A DNA stretch of 64,000 nucleotides from Octopus vulgaris. Taxonomy: Eukaryota. The stretch spans positions 32,302,001 through 32,366,000 of the forward strand of contig OX597818.1 in NCBI GenBank assembly GCA_951406725.2, given 5' to 3'. Numbering within the stretch: position 1 is the stretch's first letter; the number at the start of each line of letters is the position of its first letter. The notes under the pieces were generated by a model. It was not told where the DNA came from, made no database searches, and was given only the letters and a program-made list of their open reading frames with translations. Positions 27,579-41,221 of the stretch are shown here, in pieces. Made by a program: the position numbers and the translations under genes.

Positions 27579-27691
27579 GTATATGTATGTATGTATATGT
27601 ATGTATAAATATGTATGTATATATATATATATGTATGTATATGTATGTATGTATATGTATGTATATATATATGTATGTATATGTATGTATA

Positions 27692-27742
<51 letters not shown>
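27308..27742. repeat. Compound (TATG)n/(TA)n/(TG)n microsatellite
   Basis: Directly visible. Confidence 0.95.
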
Positions 27743-27744
<2 letters not shown>

Positions 27745-28182
27745 ACGTGTTTCATTCTCAGAATGCCTTATTTCATCAACCTCTTACTAACTTCTTGAAT
27801 ACCTATTTCCCAGTTTGCTCTAATTATTCACGACTTTCAATATATTTTCTTTCTGATTCCCACACACCACCGTCATCCTTCCTTTTACACATCCCTTTCC
27901 TGTGTGTCTAGCATTTTCACTTCCTTTAAGTCTCTCTCTCCTTCCATCATTCACACATACTCCCTCTTTCCTTGGATGGATGACGCTTCCGTTTTGCCAT
28001 TTCGTTGGCGTCTTCTTGGAAGACCGAAATAGCCGTCACGAAATGTTCATTGAGACATTTCTATGACTAGTATAATTAAGGTATAGACAATTTCGCCACA
28101 TCAGAACGTATAGAACTGGAACGAATATGGCAAAGTCTTTCGTGCAACCCTATAATAACTCTGCCAATCCATAGCCTTTCAC

Positions 28183-28311
28183 TGGGACTTTAGTACCAAT
28201 ATTGGAAGTATGAAACGCAAAGTTGAACCTCGGCGGGATTTGAACTCGGAACGCGAAGGGCCAGAACATATTCCACAGAATTTTTTGCCTGAGGCTCCAA
28301 TGATTCTAGCA
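28183..28311 (-). mobile_element. Degenerate partial SINE family A
   Basis: atgaaacgcaaagttgaacctcggcgggatttgaactcggaacg. Confidence 0.6.
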
Positions 28312-29043
28312 GACTTGTATAACTGTCCCTTCCATACTTTGTGCATCTAGCCCTTTGAGTGCCTGCTTGACCCTTTCGTTAAAAAGTTTTCTTTGCGATC
28401 AAATTGTTTCGGGTTCGATCTTGATACGTGGCATCCTATTCCACATAAAAATCAAGCTGATCCAAGCTTTGTGCCAGAAAATTAATAGAGAGAATCAGTA
28501 AATAAACCCAAGCGAGAGAATGGATATATTTTTGTGTGACACTCTTAATCCATCGCCTTGTTTTGTAACTTCTGACATTAGCTGAGGTGCAAGCTTCCGA
28601 AGCAAAGCTCCGATGTGAGTATAGGTAATTCGGCATCATCATGGGCTGCTTGTTACTGTATCAACATATGAATGCCATGGTTTCTACCTCACTTTCTTCC
28701 GCCAATCTGAGTGGATCTACAAGAAGAAAGAGATTTTTTAAAAATGGAGAAAGGCAAAAAAAAAAAAAAAGAGGCGCTGTTCATGCTACCTTTATCTTTT
28801 GACTAAGCCATCATAATAAGTGTATTATTTAGGCTCAGCAGTAGCAATAATGGTAAATAATGTATCTGAAGATCAAGGATTCAGGATTCGGCTAGGTTTT
28901 CGATTTTAGCATACCTGCTTCTCTCTCCTTTCCACTAATCACAGATGTCGTATAGTAGCACGTCATGGGCACTGCCTTCTTTCTTACTAATTCTTTTCTT
29001 TTTAAACACTGTTAAAACACTTCATTTTATTCCATTTAATTAC

Positions 29044-29420
29044 CTTTTATCAATTACTTGTTTCAGTCCTGAGACTGTGGCCATGCTGGGGCACAGCCTT
29101 GACTGTTTTTAGTGGAATGAATAAATTGACCCCTGTATTTCATTTTAAACCCGGTACTTATTGAATTGGTTTCTTTTTGCCTGACTACTAAGTTACAGGG
29201 ATGGAAACACATCAACACCAGTTGTCAAGTGGTGGTGGTTGTGGTGTGACGAACACACACACACACGACGGGCTTCTCTCAGTTTCGGTCTACCAAATCC
29301 ATTCATAAGGCTTTTGTCGGTCCGAGGCTATACTAGAAGGCACTTGCCCAAGGTGCCGTTTCGTGGGACTGAAGCCAGAGTCATATGGTTGGGAAGCAAA
29401 CTTCTTACCACACAGCCACA
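29044..29420 (-). mobile_element. SINE family B, older subfamily
   Basis: tacttgtttcagtcctgagactgtggccatgctggggcac...cgacgggcttct...cacttgcccaaggtgcc...gtgggactgaa...cttaccacacagccac. Confidence 0.88.
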
Positions 29421-30049
29421 TCTTTCAATAGATTTATGTCTCAAGTACAATACTTTCTGAAGCTAACTTTATCCCTTTTTCTGAGCCTATATGCGTATAT
29501 TCCTTATAGTAATTCTTTTTGAATTTAACTCCGCCATTTAATTCTGATTCTTACAGTTTTCAGTTACAAAATTCTTTCTCCATATCATGATTTTAATTAA
29601 TTTCTTATCTTTAGTACAGCAGGAGAAATTCTAATCCGATCCTCAAGTGCAACACTGTAAACAATCGTGTTATCTACAACATCATCAACCACGACATATA
29701 TAGCATGGTTAATACAAACAGTAACAGAAGCAGCGAAATTAATAATCATGTGATGTTAAAACCACCATAGCATCATTCTTTCACTTGCTTCCTTCAAGTA
29801 AATGAACACCTTTGCTTACGTTACTGAGAAATAAATTACAAAAAAAAAAAAAAAAAAAAGAAAGGTTAAAAAAAACGAATTAAATAAGGTAAAGGAAGAA
29901 ATATCCGATGGAACTGGCTTAGAAATCCATTTTTAATTACTTCTCTAATGAAATTTGGTCGGTTAATTTATATTTTAAGGGGAGGAGAGAAAAAAATACG
30001 GAAATAATGAACGAAATAAAATCGAACTTAAAATACACTATTAAAAGAA

Positions 30050-30085
30050 ATCATCATCCTCATCTTCTGCACCATCACCACCATT

Positions 30086-30122
<37 letters not shown>

Positions 30123-30281
30123 CTAACATTATCATCGTCATCATCATCATCATCATCACTAACATTATCATCGTCATCACTAACATTATCATCGTCATCA
30201 TCATCATCATCACTAACATTATCATCGTCATCATCGTCATTATTATCATTATTATCATCATCATCATCGTCATTATTATTA
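30050..30281. repeat. (CAT)n array with higher-order unit cactaacattatcatcgtcat (x4)
   Basis: Directly visible. Confidence 0.9.
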
Positions 30282-30283
30282 TG

Positions 30284-30462
30284 AAGGCAGTGAACTGGCT
30301 GACTCGTTAACGTCCCGAGTTCAAGTCACTCCGAGGTCAATTGAAGCTTTCATCATCCTTTGGGGTCGAAAAAAATAACGTATCAGTCAAGAACCTGGGG
30401 TCGGTGTTATTGAATTATCCTCCTCTTCTAAAATGGCTGGCCTCGCACCAAAATTTGGAACA
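30284..30462 (+). mobile_element. SINE family A, diverged, shorter head
   Basis: aaggcagtgaactggc...gagttcaagtc...gaggtcaatt...ctttcatcatcctttggggtcga...ctggggtcg...ccaaaatttggaac. Confidence 0.7.
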
Positions 30463-30549
30463 ATTATTACTACAATTATTTGGCTCTAGCAGGAGGGTCT
30501 CCCGTACCAGGTGGACGGAATCATTCATATACTCGCTTACCTTGTATAT

Positions 30550-30665
<116 letters not shown>

Positions 30666-30799
30666 GTATCACCGTCTTTTCCCTTTCTTTCCTCACATAA
30701 ATTGTAAACTGGCCTTGTAATGTCCCTCTCATCCATACCCCTGTGGCAAATAAAAGAAATAATTATCATTATGTGGTTAGTGTTGTTCTTATTACATTA

Positions 30800-30880
30800 A
30801 TAGTAGTAGTAGTAGTGGTGGTGATGGTAGTAGTAATGGTAGTAGTGGTGGTGGTAGTAGTAGTAGTGGTGGTGGTAGTA

Positions 30881-30942
<62 letters not shown>

Positions 30943-30979
30943 AGTAGTAGTAGCAACAGCAGCTGCATTAGTAGTAGTA
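30800..30979. repeat. (GTA)n/(GTG)n trinucleotide array
   Basis: Directly visible. Confidence 0.95.
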
Positions 30980-31500
30980 AACCCACCACCTTCAAGGTCG
31001 CCCACCACTGCAGTTAATAATCAAGATACCTAAAAGTCTTCCTTCGTTCTGTTCCTGTGCATCATCTCCTCATGCCTTCTATTTCCCGTTTCTGTTCCTT
31101 GAACCTTCGTTAAAGATCAATCAAGAATTCAAGCAACGTGAAGATCTGTGTTTCCAGCCTGTCAACGTTACCATTCGACCAATAAGGGATATCCTTATTT
31201 TCTGTTTTTCCTTTTTCTTCTTTTCTATATAATCCTTATGTTTTCATTTATTTATTTATATTTTCATGAGAAAAATCTTCCTCCGCCATCACCACCAATC
31301 TTAAGATATTGGCAGCCATGACTAATTAAAATACAAGGAATCAAGCCTAGCAGACATAGTGATTCGCATTAGGAATTATCGCCCGCTCACTTCTCTCTCT
31401 ACACCCATGCCTTTTTCCTCCTTTTCTTCCCGTTCCATTCTGTCTCTCTTTACATCTGTTTGTTTCCCTTCATTCCCCTTTTCTCTCTCTCTTTCATATA

Positions 31501-31546
<46 letters not shown>

Positions 31547-32414
31547 CATACACAGTTACTCTCTATAAGTTTCTCACTTTCATAATTTCTTTCTATCTAT
31601 TACTCTCTGACTTTACCACTCTCGTTCACACGACTCCACACACTACTCCACACACTACTCCACACATCCTTCCAAACATACACTCAGACACACAGTGAAA
31701 CATTCGTACATGAACGCAATACCACACAGATTTCTGTTATTTATTTGAATTTAATAGCTGTTCTAACAATTGCATAGTCCATCATTTAACTGAATTCAGA
31801 ATTCTGAACAACATTCGTTTTTCTATTTTACTCTTTCTCTCTCTCTTCTCGTTATAAAATGACGTCTCATGGTAAAATTGATTTGTTGCGTGTAAGACAT
31901 TAATTTTGCTACCGCAGTAAGCTTTACGAAGATATTTAACAGCAAGTAGCAGTAAATTAATACAAATAGCTAAAGAAGTGACAAATGTAATTCTTTTTTT
32001 TTTCTTTTCTATTTTCCATTTTAAAATGCACTAAATGGATGGATATCAAGAGAAAATGAATCAATGGAGGCTACGAAGGAAGTTAAGAAATAATTAGCAT
32101 TGATACAAAATTTCTTTAAGACATGACGAGAGAAACCAGTACATGGTCAACAGCCTATAAATCGGTAGAAAAATCGAATCAGGAATACTTAATACTAGAT
32201 CTAGCTTAATGTTAGTTCAAAAGTCTAAGTCTATGAAGGAAGGCAATTTCTGGCCATTGCACAGGAACTATGTGTTAATAGATAAGATAAAATAAAAAAT
32301 GCAGTCAAGTCAAAACAGAATGGCCTCCGAGTAAACTACATTGGTTATGATTTACCAGATAAAGTGCTGATCACAGAAATGAGTTCATATGTGTTGGCAA
32401 CCTATGCTCCGATA

Positions 32415-32573
32415 TACTCTCTTTACTCTCTTTTACTTGTTCCAGTCATTTGACTGTGGCCATGCTGGAGCACCGCCTTTAGTCGAGCAAATCGACCCCA
32501 GGACTTTTTTTTTTTGTAAGCCTAGTACTTATTCTATCGCTAAGTTACGGGGATGTAAACACAGATACACAAG

Positions 32574-32660
<87 letters not shown>

Positions 32661-32824
32661 GACGGGCTTCTTTCAGTTTCCGTCTACCAAATCCACTCAC
32701 AAGGCTTTGGTCGAACCGAGGCTATAGTAGAAGACACTTGCCCAAGGTGCCACGCAGTGCGGACAGAACCCGGAACCATGTGGTTCGTAAACAAGCTACT
32801 TACCACACAGCCACTCCTACGCCT
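32415..32824 (-). mobile_element. SINE family B with two internal deletions
   Basis: Head (ccacacagccactcctacgcct) to tail (tactctctttactc) both present; shorter middle than the 43060 copy. Confidence 0.92.
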
Positions 32825-33265
32825 ATCTTTACAAATATTATAAAACTGATGTTGAGTTCGACCCTGTCTATGTCTGCTTTGCTGTTTCCTCTCTCTTTAT
32901 GTTCTTCTGCTACTGTAATGGCGTCTGTTCCTTGGAGATGGCTAGGGACATGCCTCGTCCACTCAGAAATTCCTGTCCAGTTATCCTCCTTCATGTAACC
33001 TATTCTGTTGCCTCTGTGCATATGTTAGAAATCAATTAAAAAGGAAAGAAAAACTGGAACTCGCGCTCATCACAGACTGTATACACAACATATCTAACTA
33101 TGATGTTATGATTGTCCCTGCATTAACCATATGTACGTATCATTAACGTAACACTTCTAATTACAGCTATTTCAAATTATAACCAAAGAAGGATTAGGAG
33201 AGATTTTCTTAAATAAATTTTTCTCGACACTATAGTCTTATTAATAATTCTCTCTTTATTCTGTG

Positions 33266-33596
33266 ATCATCATCAACATCGTCGTCGTCGTCATCTTCAT
33301 CATCTTCATCTTCATCATCTTCATCTTCATCATCTTCTTCATCTTCATCATCTTCTTCATCTTCATCATCTTCATCATCTTCTTCATCTTGATCATCATC
33401 TTGATTATCATCTTCATCTTCTTCATCATCATCTTCATCATCTTCATCTTCATCATCTTCATCATCTTCATCTTAGTCATCATCTTCATCATCATCTTCA
33501 TCATCATCTTCTTCTTCTTCTTCTTCTTCTTCTTCTTCTTCTTCTTCTTCTTCTTCTTCTTCTTCTTCTTCTTCTTCTTCTTCTTCTTCTTCTTCT
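33266..33596. repeat. Mixed (CAT)/(CTT)n trinucleotide array
   Basis: Directly visible. Confidence 0.95.
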
Positions 33597-34724
33597 CCTT
33601 CCTCCTCCCCATTACTCTGCTTCTTGATTTTTCTTAAAAAACAACCGTAGCATCTCATGAAATCATAAAATAATAGCACTGGTTGTTGTAGCGGTAGCAA
33701 TAATAGTTTAGCCCTTAGCTATCCGTATTTTAACAAACCTATAGTCACGGAATTTTAAGCTGTGAACATTACATCATTTTACATCTCTAGGACCTCACGG
33801 TAAAATATGTCACTTGTTCTAAAGACAATAACGTGTGAGTGAATGGAAATCTGACTGCTTCTTCTTGCAGGTACAGCGTCTTTGTTGGTGGCGTCAGTAT
33901 CGAAGCTTGTGTGACGAAGTACCAGCAGTAGAAGCAGTGGTGCTATAAAAGTTGATAGTGTCAGTAATAGCTGGCCATAATATTTTTCAACATTATGTGC
34001 ATTATTAGAATCTCATTTTCCGAGATATCCAATTATTATTTGATTAGAAACAAAACATCAATAAATTGCTGATAAGAACAGCAATTTTGTTGATGAAAGT
34101 TGCAATGAAGATGATGACAGGCTACGTTAGCTAGCATTTATATTTTATTTTTGTCAATGTTTAATTTTCACTTTCGACAACTGATAAAATTGATTAATAA
34201 TATCGCACTGAAATAAAATGAAATATAAATGACAATAATAATAAGCACTAAAAGAAAATTATTTATAAATGTCTTCTATCTTAAAATAGAGTTCTTTTTG
34301 AGATGGTCTATTATTTTTTACGTTTTCTTTTTATATTTATCATTGCACTATTTTAAATTTTCATGTAAGTTCGAGCTTATAATTTTCAATGTATATCTTT
34401 TGCCTTCAAAAATATATTTTGGAATTTATTTCTTTTTTTTTTCCCCCGTTGAAACTTACTTTTGACACGGAATTAATTTACATACTAGAAGAGGTTGAAT
34501 TTCATTGAACCAGTGTGAATTGTGGTTCTCAGGCGTGGCAGGTGTCATTTTGAAGAGATATGTTTCGAGCACCATAGGGTATTTGGCCTAGTTTTTGACT
34601 GCAATTAGAAATAGTTCATTTCACTATATCTTCAGTACTGTCGAGAAATGCATGAATGTCTGTAGAATTTCGACATTCCATTATTACATAATATGATTAA
34701 GAGGCCTTGTCGCTTTTGATATTT

Positions 34725-34980
34725 TTGTGCCAGGCCTGATCAAACAGATAATTAATCAAAGGTGTTTCAGTAGTGAACAGACCATCTAATTTTTCAAGCA
34801 CGGTTATCGCGGATTACATTTTCCAGTGGGTCCTTTCTCACTTATACGACTTTATCCTAGTTTTAGCCATTTTGTCAAGGTTTTGTTTATATTTTCGAAT
34901 TAGTTCCTTGTAATTAGTTTAAAAGACGATTTAGCTGCGATTTCTAGTAGTTCGAGCGATCATCTAGCGGTTTGCTCGTT
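34725..34980. mobile_element. Family F repeat copy
   Basis: ccaggcctgatcaaacaga...atcaaaggtgtttcag...gaccatc...gattacattttccagtgggtcctt...gatttagctgcgatttctagtagttcgagcgatcatctag. Confidence 0.55.
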
Positions 34981-35009
34981 GCCCTGTATGTGCGCGAGCG
35001 AGTGCGCGC

Positions 35010-35116
<107 letters not shown>

Positions 35117-35396
35117 TATATATTTGCCCTGTCCGTGTGAGCTAACAATCGTACTGACTTTCATGGGAAACATGTATTTTTGTGGTTGAAACCTTTTGGA
35201 TTAACTGGTGCTAGAGTGAGCCATATAGTGACCACTCTCTTATATTTATTTTGTAAAAATATTATAATATATTATAAAATATTATAATAATCCAGGTTTC
35301 TCGGAGCACTAGGCCACTTGGTGTAGAATAGATATACTATTAAATTAGTATCTAATTCTCTCACCCTTATTAATTAATTATATATATATATATATA

Positions 35397-35791
35397 TTTA
35401 TTTACTGCCCACAAGGGGCTAAACATAGAGGGAACAAACAAGGACAGACAAAGGGATTAAGTCGATTACATCGACCCCAGTGCGAAACTGGTACTTTATT
35501 TATCGACCCCGAAAGGATGAAAGGCAAAAGTCGACCTCGGCGGAATTTGAACTCAGAACGTAATGACAGACGAAATACCTATTTCTTTACTACTCACAGG
35601 GGGCTAAACACAGAGAGGACAAACGGATTAAGTCGATTACATCGATTCCAATGCGTAACTGGTACTTAATTTATCGACCCCGAAAGGATGAAAGTCGACC
35701 TCGGCGGAATTTGAACTCAGAACGTAACGGCAGACGGAATACGGCTACGCATTTCGCCCGGCGTGCTAACGTTTCTGCCAGCTCGCCGCCT
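35397..35791 (-). mobile_element. SINE family A1 partial-tandem dimer within (TA)n
   Basis: Full unit 35580-35791 plus a second unit lacking the first part of the head (35397-35579); TA runs on both flanks. Confidence 0.92.
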
Positions 35792-37817
35792 CAATATATA
35801 TGTATATATATAAGAGCATAATCATCACAGCAGAAACATTTTCAAATAATTTCATAAACGCGTGAGAGGAAGAAAGAGAGAGAGAGAGAGAGAGAATATA
35901 TATATATATAAAAAGAGAAATCACTGGAAATGATCTTTAATTATAAACAAACACTGTGCAGAGACGAGTGGGTGAGAGTAAGTCCGAAGGGTACCACTCA
36001 GCTTCTTTAGTTCTAACTAATTTTATCCAAATAAATTAAAGAATATTACCCATAAAACAGATGCTGAAAACCATACGTTACCTAAAATATATTTTCTCCG
36101 CTTTAGACCCGCAATAATTTTCATAGCAATTTCTGTATCAATCGTTTTAAAACTTCTTTAAAACCTCATTTTCTGTTGGTATTTTGATATGTCTTGCCTC
36201 TTCGAGGCCATAAATATATCTTCTATAAACCGTACCATACTGAATCCTCTCTTTACTGTGACCTGAATTAATAGATATTGTGAGCATTATTCTTAATGTA
36301 ATCTACAGATTTGATATGGCACACTGTAACTTATCACTGTTGATGAATCTAACGGCTTCTATCGGAAGCTTTACATCTTCAGGAAATAATTATTTTGGCA
36401 ATATTTAGTTCACTCCTTATTTTCCACTCTCTCGCTCACCTAAGCAACGTTTTAGAATAAAATAAGCTTGACTCCACTCAAGGAATTTTCACATTTTATT
36501 TATATTTAATTTTATTTATTTTAACATCCACTCCCTCTTTGTATTTGAGAGATCCCAAACACATGACGTGTCGCCCGCTAGCACAGTAATTTCAGCCAGC
36601 CCTGAATGTTGTGGAAAGATAATCGAGAAAATAAGGGAACAGAAATATAGATACCCTACTGCTAGATCTACAAACAGATAAATTAGTTGCTCCATGAGAC
36701 GATGATGTATTTAAAGGTGTGAAACATTTACTTGCCTTAAATAGGATTAATCCTGAAATTATGCCTGACTATTTGCACTCTCACACACGCATATGATTTA
36801 TGCTTACATCTGTGTACCATATACCAGTATTACTCCAAATTGGTATCTTTATATACATAAACAAGTTGACTTGACTTAGAGATAAGTAACCTAACACACA
36901 TTTGATGTAAAGTTGTGTAAAGTGACTGAAGCTTAGTAAGAAGAGAAGAAAATAAGCAAAATGCAGTAAAGATCTGACATTCGCTCTATAATCAGCAAGC
37001 TTTTATCCATATTTAACATCTATATTGTTATTTCTATAATTTCCTGTTTAGTGAACATGTTCATGTTGGTGATTGTGGGTTGTTTTCAGAACATTGATTA
37101 TAATAATGATGATACTGACGATGTTGACAGTGATGATAAAAATATCGATACTAGCCAGGGTGATGATGGTGGTGGTTGTGGTGCTGCTGGTTGTAGTAAT
37201 AGGAATGGTGGCGTTGATGTTGGACGTACTGGTGGGGATGATGATGTTGTACTTTGGTGATAAGAGAACTTGTCATGTTTGATTAGCATCGATTTCGGGA
37301 TAGCCATTGACCTGAAAATATAAACTAAGCCACAATGGCTGGAGTTACATCGAATCAAGAAAGATATGTGTGAGAGAGAGTGAGAGTGTGAGAGTAAGAG
37401 AGGGAGAGAGAGAAAGATAGTGAAAGAGAGAGAGAGGAAGGAGGGAGCGAGCAAAGATGGTAAGGAGAGAGAGAAAGAGAGAGAGAGAGGAAGAGAGCAA
37501 AGATGTCTAGAAGAGGGGGTGAGAGAAGGGCGAGAGAGTAAAGATGGCAAGAACGGAGGGAGAGACACTGATAGAAAGAAAGTCAAACTGAAAAAGCAGC
37601 AAAAAGAAGTAGGGGAACAACAGAGAATGAAGTATAGGAAATATATATATAAAGAAAGAGAAAGGGAGGGAGGGAGGATGAATAGCCGAAAGAATACAAG
37701 ATTATAGATTGCGAATATGTAAAGATATAGAAAGAGAATTAAGAACAATGCTGTAAACAGCGATACCAGAAGAGATGTAATGAGGTAAAAGACGAGAGAG
37801 AAAACACTCGGCTGTAA

Positions 37818-37856
<39 letters not shown>

Positions 37857-39031
37857 CTGTGCTGCTGAAGCGAATAAAATCGTTTTCTGCGGGTAAGTTT
37901 TAATTTATCTGTGAATCATGCTATCAACCTTATCCGTTGTAAGAAGCTTGTAGATAGATAAAGATGTAGAGCAGAGCGACTTGTCATCAAACGGTGACGT
38001 CAGTCTTATCTGTCACATCTGCTATTGACCAGTTTTCAATATGGCGAAAATATTTTGGGCTTTGGCTTTCTCAATAGAGTAAGCTGACTGCAGACTGAAA
38101 TGAACAGAAAAATCGACAAGAATTATTATGAAAATAATAACAAAAGTTGAAACATATATGCAGGCAAAAATTATCAATAAGAATATAAATGTTTTATAGT
38201 GTGTATGTGTGTTATATAATATCTATATTACACATCTCCAGCTGTATATCCATTGTAAATCTGTAACATTGCAGTAGTTAATAAGGAGCTAATTAATATC
38301 CAGGGGAATAAAACAAAACAAAGAGACATGGAAAAAATCAAGTTTAGAGCGTCAATATAATTAAGCTTTAGAGGAAAGGAAGATAAATCGGTATTTCGGA
38401 CTGTAGCTCTTTGTCGGGAAGTAAACACGGAGGAGAAATATGCAATAGGCTTTCAAGATGCAACATGCTTGAGCGGTCTAGAAGCAATGGGATAAGAAAG
38501 TTGCTTTTGGACAAACCGAAGTAAGCGGGGTGCAAAGAACATAAACGTGAAAGCTTTTGAGGATGTAGCGAAATGGTGAAAAGAAGTGTGAATGACTTGG
38601 GCACGTATAATGAACATTGGAGTATATTGCGAAGTGAAATGTTTGTGTGAAGTATGTTTATGGATGTGTGTGTGTGTGTGTGTGTGTGTGATGTGTCAGT
38701 GGTGGTGTACGCAAAACGTCACAATATATGCTTGTGCAGGTACGTTTGTATGGTGGATGGGTGGGGAAGTATGTGTAACTGTATATAACTGCGTGTTAGA
38801 GAAGATGATGTAGAGTGTCTGTATTTGTATGTTGTGTGGGTGTGAAAAGGTACTCAAGGGAAGCATATTTATATGTATGAGTATGAGTAGGATTTTAGTA
38901 TGTGAACATGGTTTTGAGAAATGTGCGTGTATTAAGGATATGAGTAAGATATGGAATTAGTGAGCGCTGTGTTCATGACGTCCTTGTCTATAGGTGCGGC
39001 TGTGTGTTGGGTAAGCGCTAATATATTTTGT

Positions 39032-39124
39032 AAGGGTGGCGAGCTGGCAGAAACGTTAGCATGCCGGGCGAAATGCGTAACTGTACTTCGCCTGCCGTTA
39101 CGTTCTGAGTTCAAATTCCGCCGA
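39032..39124 (+). mobile_element. SINE family A head only
   Basis: ggcgagctggcagaaacgttagcatgccgggcgaaatgcg...ttacgttctgagttcaaattccgccga, then unrelated sequence. Confidence 0.85.
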
Positions 39125-40574
39125 TGAATTGTAAATATATTGGTAGAAAAGAGTGGTATTAAATGCATGTGTTTGTCTGAGTAGCAAAAACAAAATGGCG
39201 TATAATGTGTGTGGTGGTGTTTTAGTGAAAATCAAGGTAGTCGTCAATGGAAGAGCTGCAGTGCTTATGCAGATGGATAACTGCAGTTCAAGATGAGATA
39301 GGGTAAAATGTGCTGTATAGTCACACAGACGATGAGATGAACGTGAGGTTGGCTCGTAGAAGTGGTGTGATTGAGACCTTAAACATATATACATGCACAC
39401 AATACTTTTCATCCATTGGTTTCTTTTACCTGTCCACATTTCGCACGCACTTCATACTTAAGAGTACATACATCGCACAAACCGCTTCTCCCACATCCAC
39501 ACATCCACGACAGGCATACTTCATTTTAATTTACTTTGATATAATAGTTGTTACAGTTACTTCACTCACCCAAGACTCACTCTTCTTTACCAAATAATAA
39601 CTTCTTTAATATTATTAATTTATGTATGTCACTAAATCAAGTTTCGATTCTGAATAATACATTTTTGGTGTTCTGCTTTTCTTTCTCTTTTACTTTCTCC
39701 CATTTTCACTAAGGATCACTCACCATTTCGCTTTCTCCACTATGCCATTGTATTGAAATGAATCTCAGTTGACTGACAGTGCAGCCCTTGATCTGTCTAG
39801 ATGGCACATACTAGGTCAAGGTTAGGAGGGCCGAGCTGGTGTCTATCTCTACTCACAAAAACATACAGACATAAAATAATTAGCGAAAACTACATACGGA
39901 TATATGTGTATGTGTGAGAGTAATATGCAAGCATACAGACAATATGTGTATGCACATGCATTTACAGGGAATGAAAAAAAAACCAAGAAGAGGGAATGTG
40001 CGTGTGTGTAAAGAAAAGAGAGAAGAAATGAAGATGATAGAGAGAGAGAGAGAGAAGAGAGCCAAGTCGTCTGATAGCTGACGTGTCGCAATTTGAGCTA
40101 TGTTTGTTTTCATCAGCCTGATTATGTTATTGGTCACGTGTTCTCTGATTAGATTGAATAAGACTTGCATATCATCTTAATAGACATCTGGTTTTCTTCA
40201 TTCTGCTGGTCTATGCCTCACGGCTTTCGCTATGACCTATAGCATGTTCACCCAAATTCTTGAATAGATATTCGGTGAATGACTTTGCTCACTAATACAC
40301 ACAACTACATGTATATATATATATGTGTGTGTATGTGTATATATATGTATAAATATATATACATATGTATAAATATATATACATATATATATATAGATGT
40401 ATAAAAATATTTTTATATATATGTATATACATACATGTTTGTATATATACCTTTATATGCCAACATATACGCATACACAATTAGGTTGTATACATATACG
40501 TATGTTCCTACATACATATGTATATGTGTGTATATAGTATTAATTTTCAACCGTGTAGAGAGGACCAACGCACA

Positions 40575-40644
40575 TGGTTAAGGAATCGAACCCACGACTT
40601 TCCGTTCGTGAGCCGAATTCCTTAATTACAAGGCCACACGCCTT
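40575..40644 (-). mobile_element. tRNA-derived SINE head or tRNA pseudogene fragment
   Basis: Minus strand aaggcgtgtggccttgtaattaagg...ctcacga...gtcgtgggttcgattcc has A- and B-box-like motifs but no intact acceptor stem; lies in TA/TG repeats. Confidence 0.6.
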
Positions 40645-41158
40645 CCATATACATACATACATATATACATTCAGAGAAAGTGACAAGGATTCTTCCGGTA
40701 GGACGATGTGGTGCAGAAATCATTTGATAGATTTTTATCAATCCGGATGTTTACTCTCTGTCTGAATATAATACTAGTTTTACCACCCGTTGCCATTCCT
40801 ACTTTATTCTCTCCTCTTAATTGCAGAAATTGAAGCATTTATTGTCATATCCAAATCTATTGTTCTTCATAACCACAGTACGATAAGGTTTTTTTCTAAT
40901 ATTACCGCAAAACATTTGGCAGTAAAACGAACTGAATCAATTATTAGTAATAAGTATATGTATCGGGTTATATTGTTGTTGTTGTTTATCTTTCCTCCAG
41001 GTTATCTTTGATCAAGTAGGACTATGAAAAACGTTGCTGAAGCGACATTATTTTGGTTTATTATTTCTAAAGTATAGGGTCATTATTTAATTATTTTAAA
41101 AGGGTTGTGGGTGTTATTTCTATTTCTAGAATGTCGGCGCTAATACAAGTAATGCATA

Positions 41159-41189
41159 TACAGGGTGGTGCAAAAGTAGATGTACAGTT
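41159..41189 (+). mobile_element. Possible solo Tc1/mariner-type terminal inverted repeat
   Basis: TA|CAGGGTGGTGCAAAAGTAGATGTACAGTT resembles Tc1/mariner MITE termini; no partner TIR found. Confidence 0.35.
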
Positions 41190-41221
41190 AAGAAAAAAGA
41201 AAACACGTACAATATTCTCTT

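Noticed and set aside
33256-33700. Poly-K/M, poly-F/I and poly-E/D ORFs (also poly-V/T at 30743-31033 and poly-M at 30028-30273)
   Set aside because: Trinucleotide repeats with no flanking coding signal.
37051-37260. Asp/Gly-rich 69-aa ORF
   Set aside because: Decayed GAT/GGT trinucleotide sequence with no splice or homology support.
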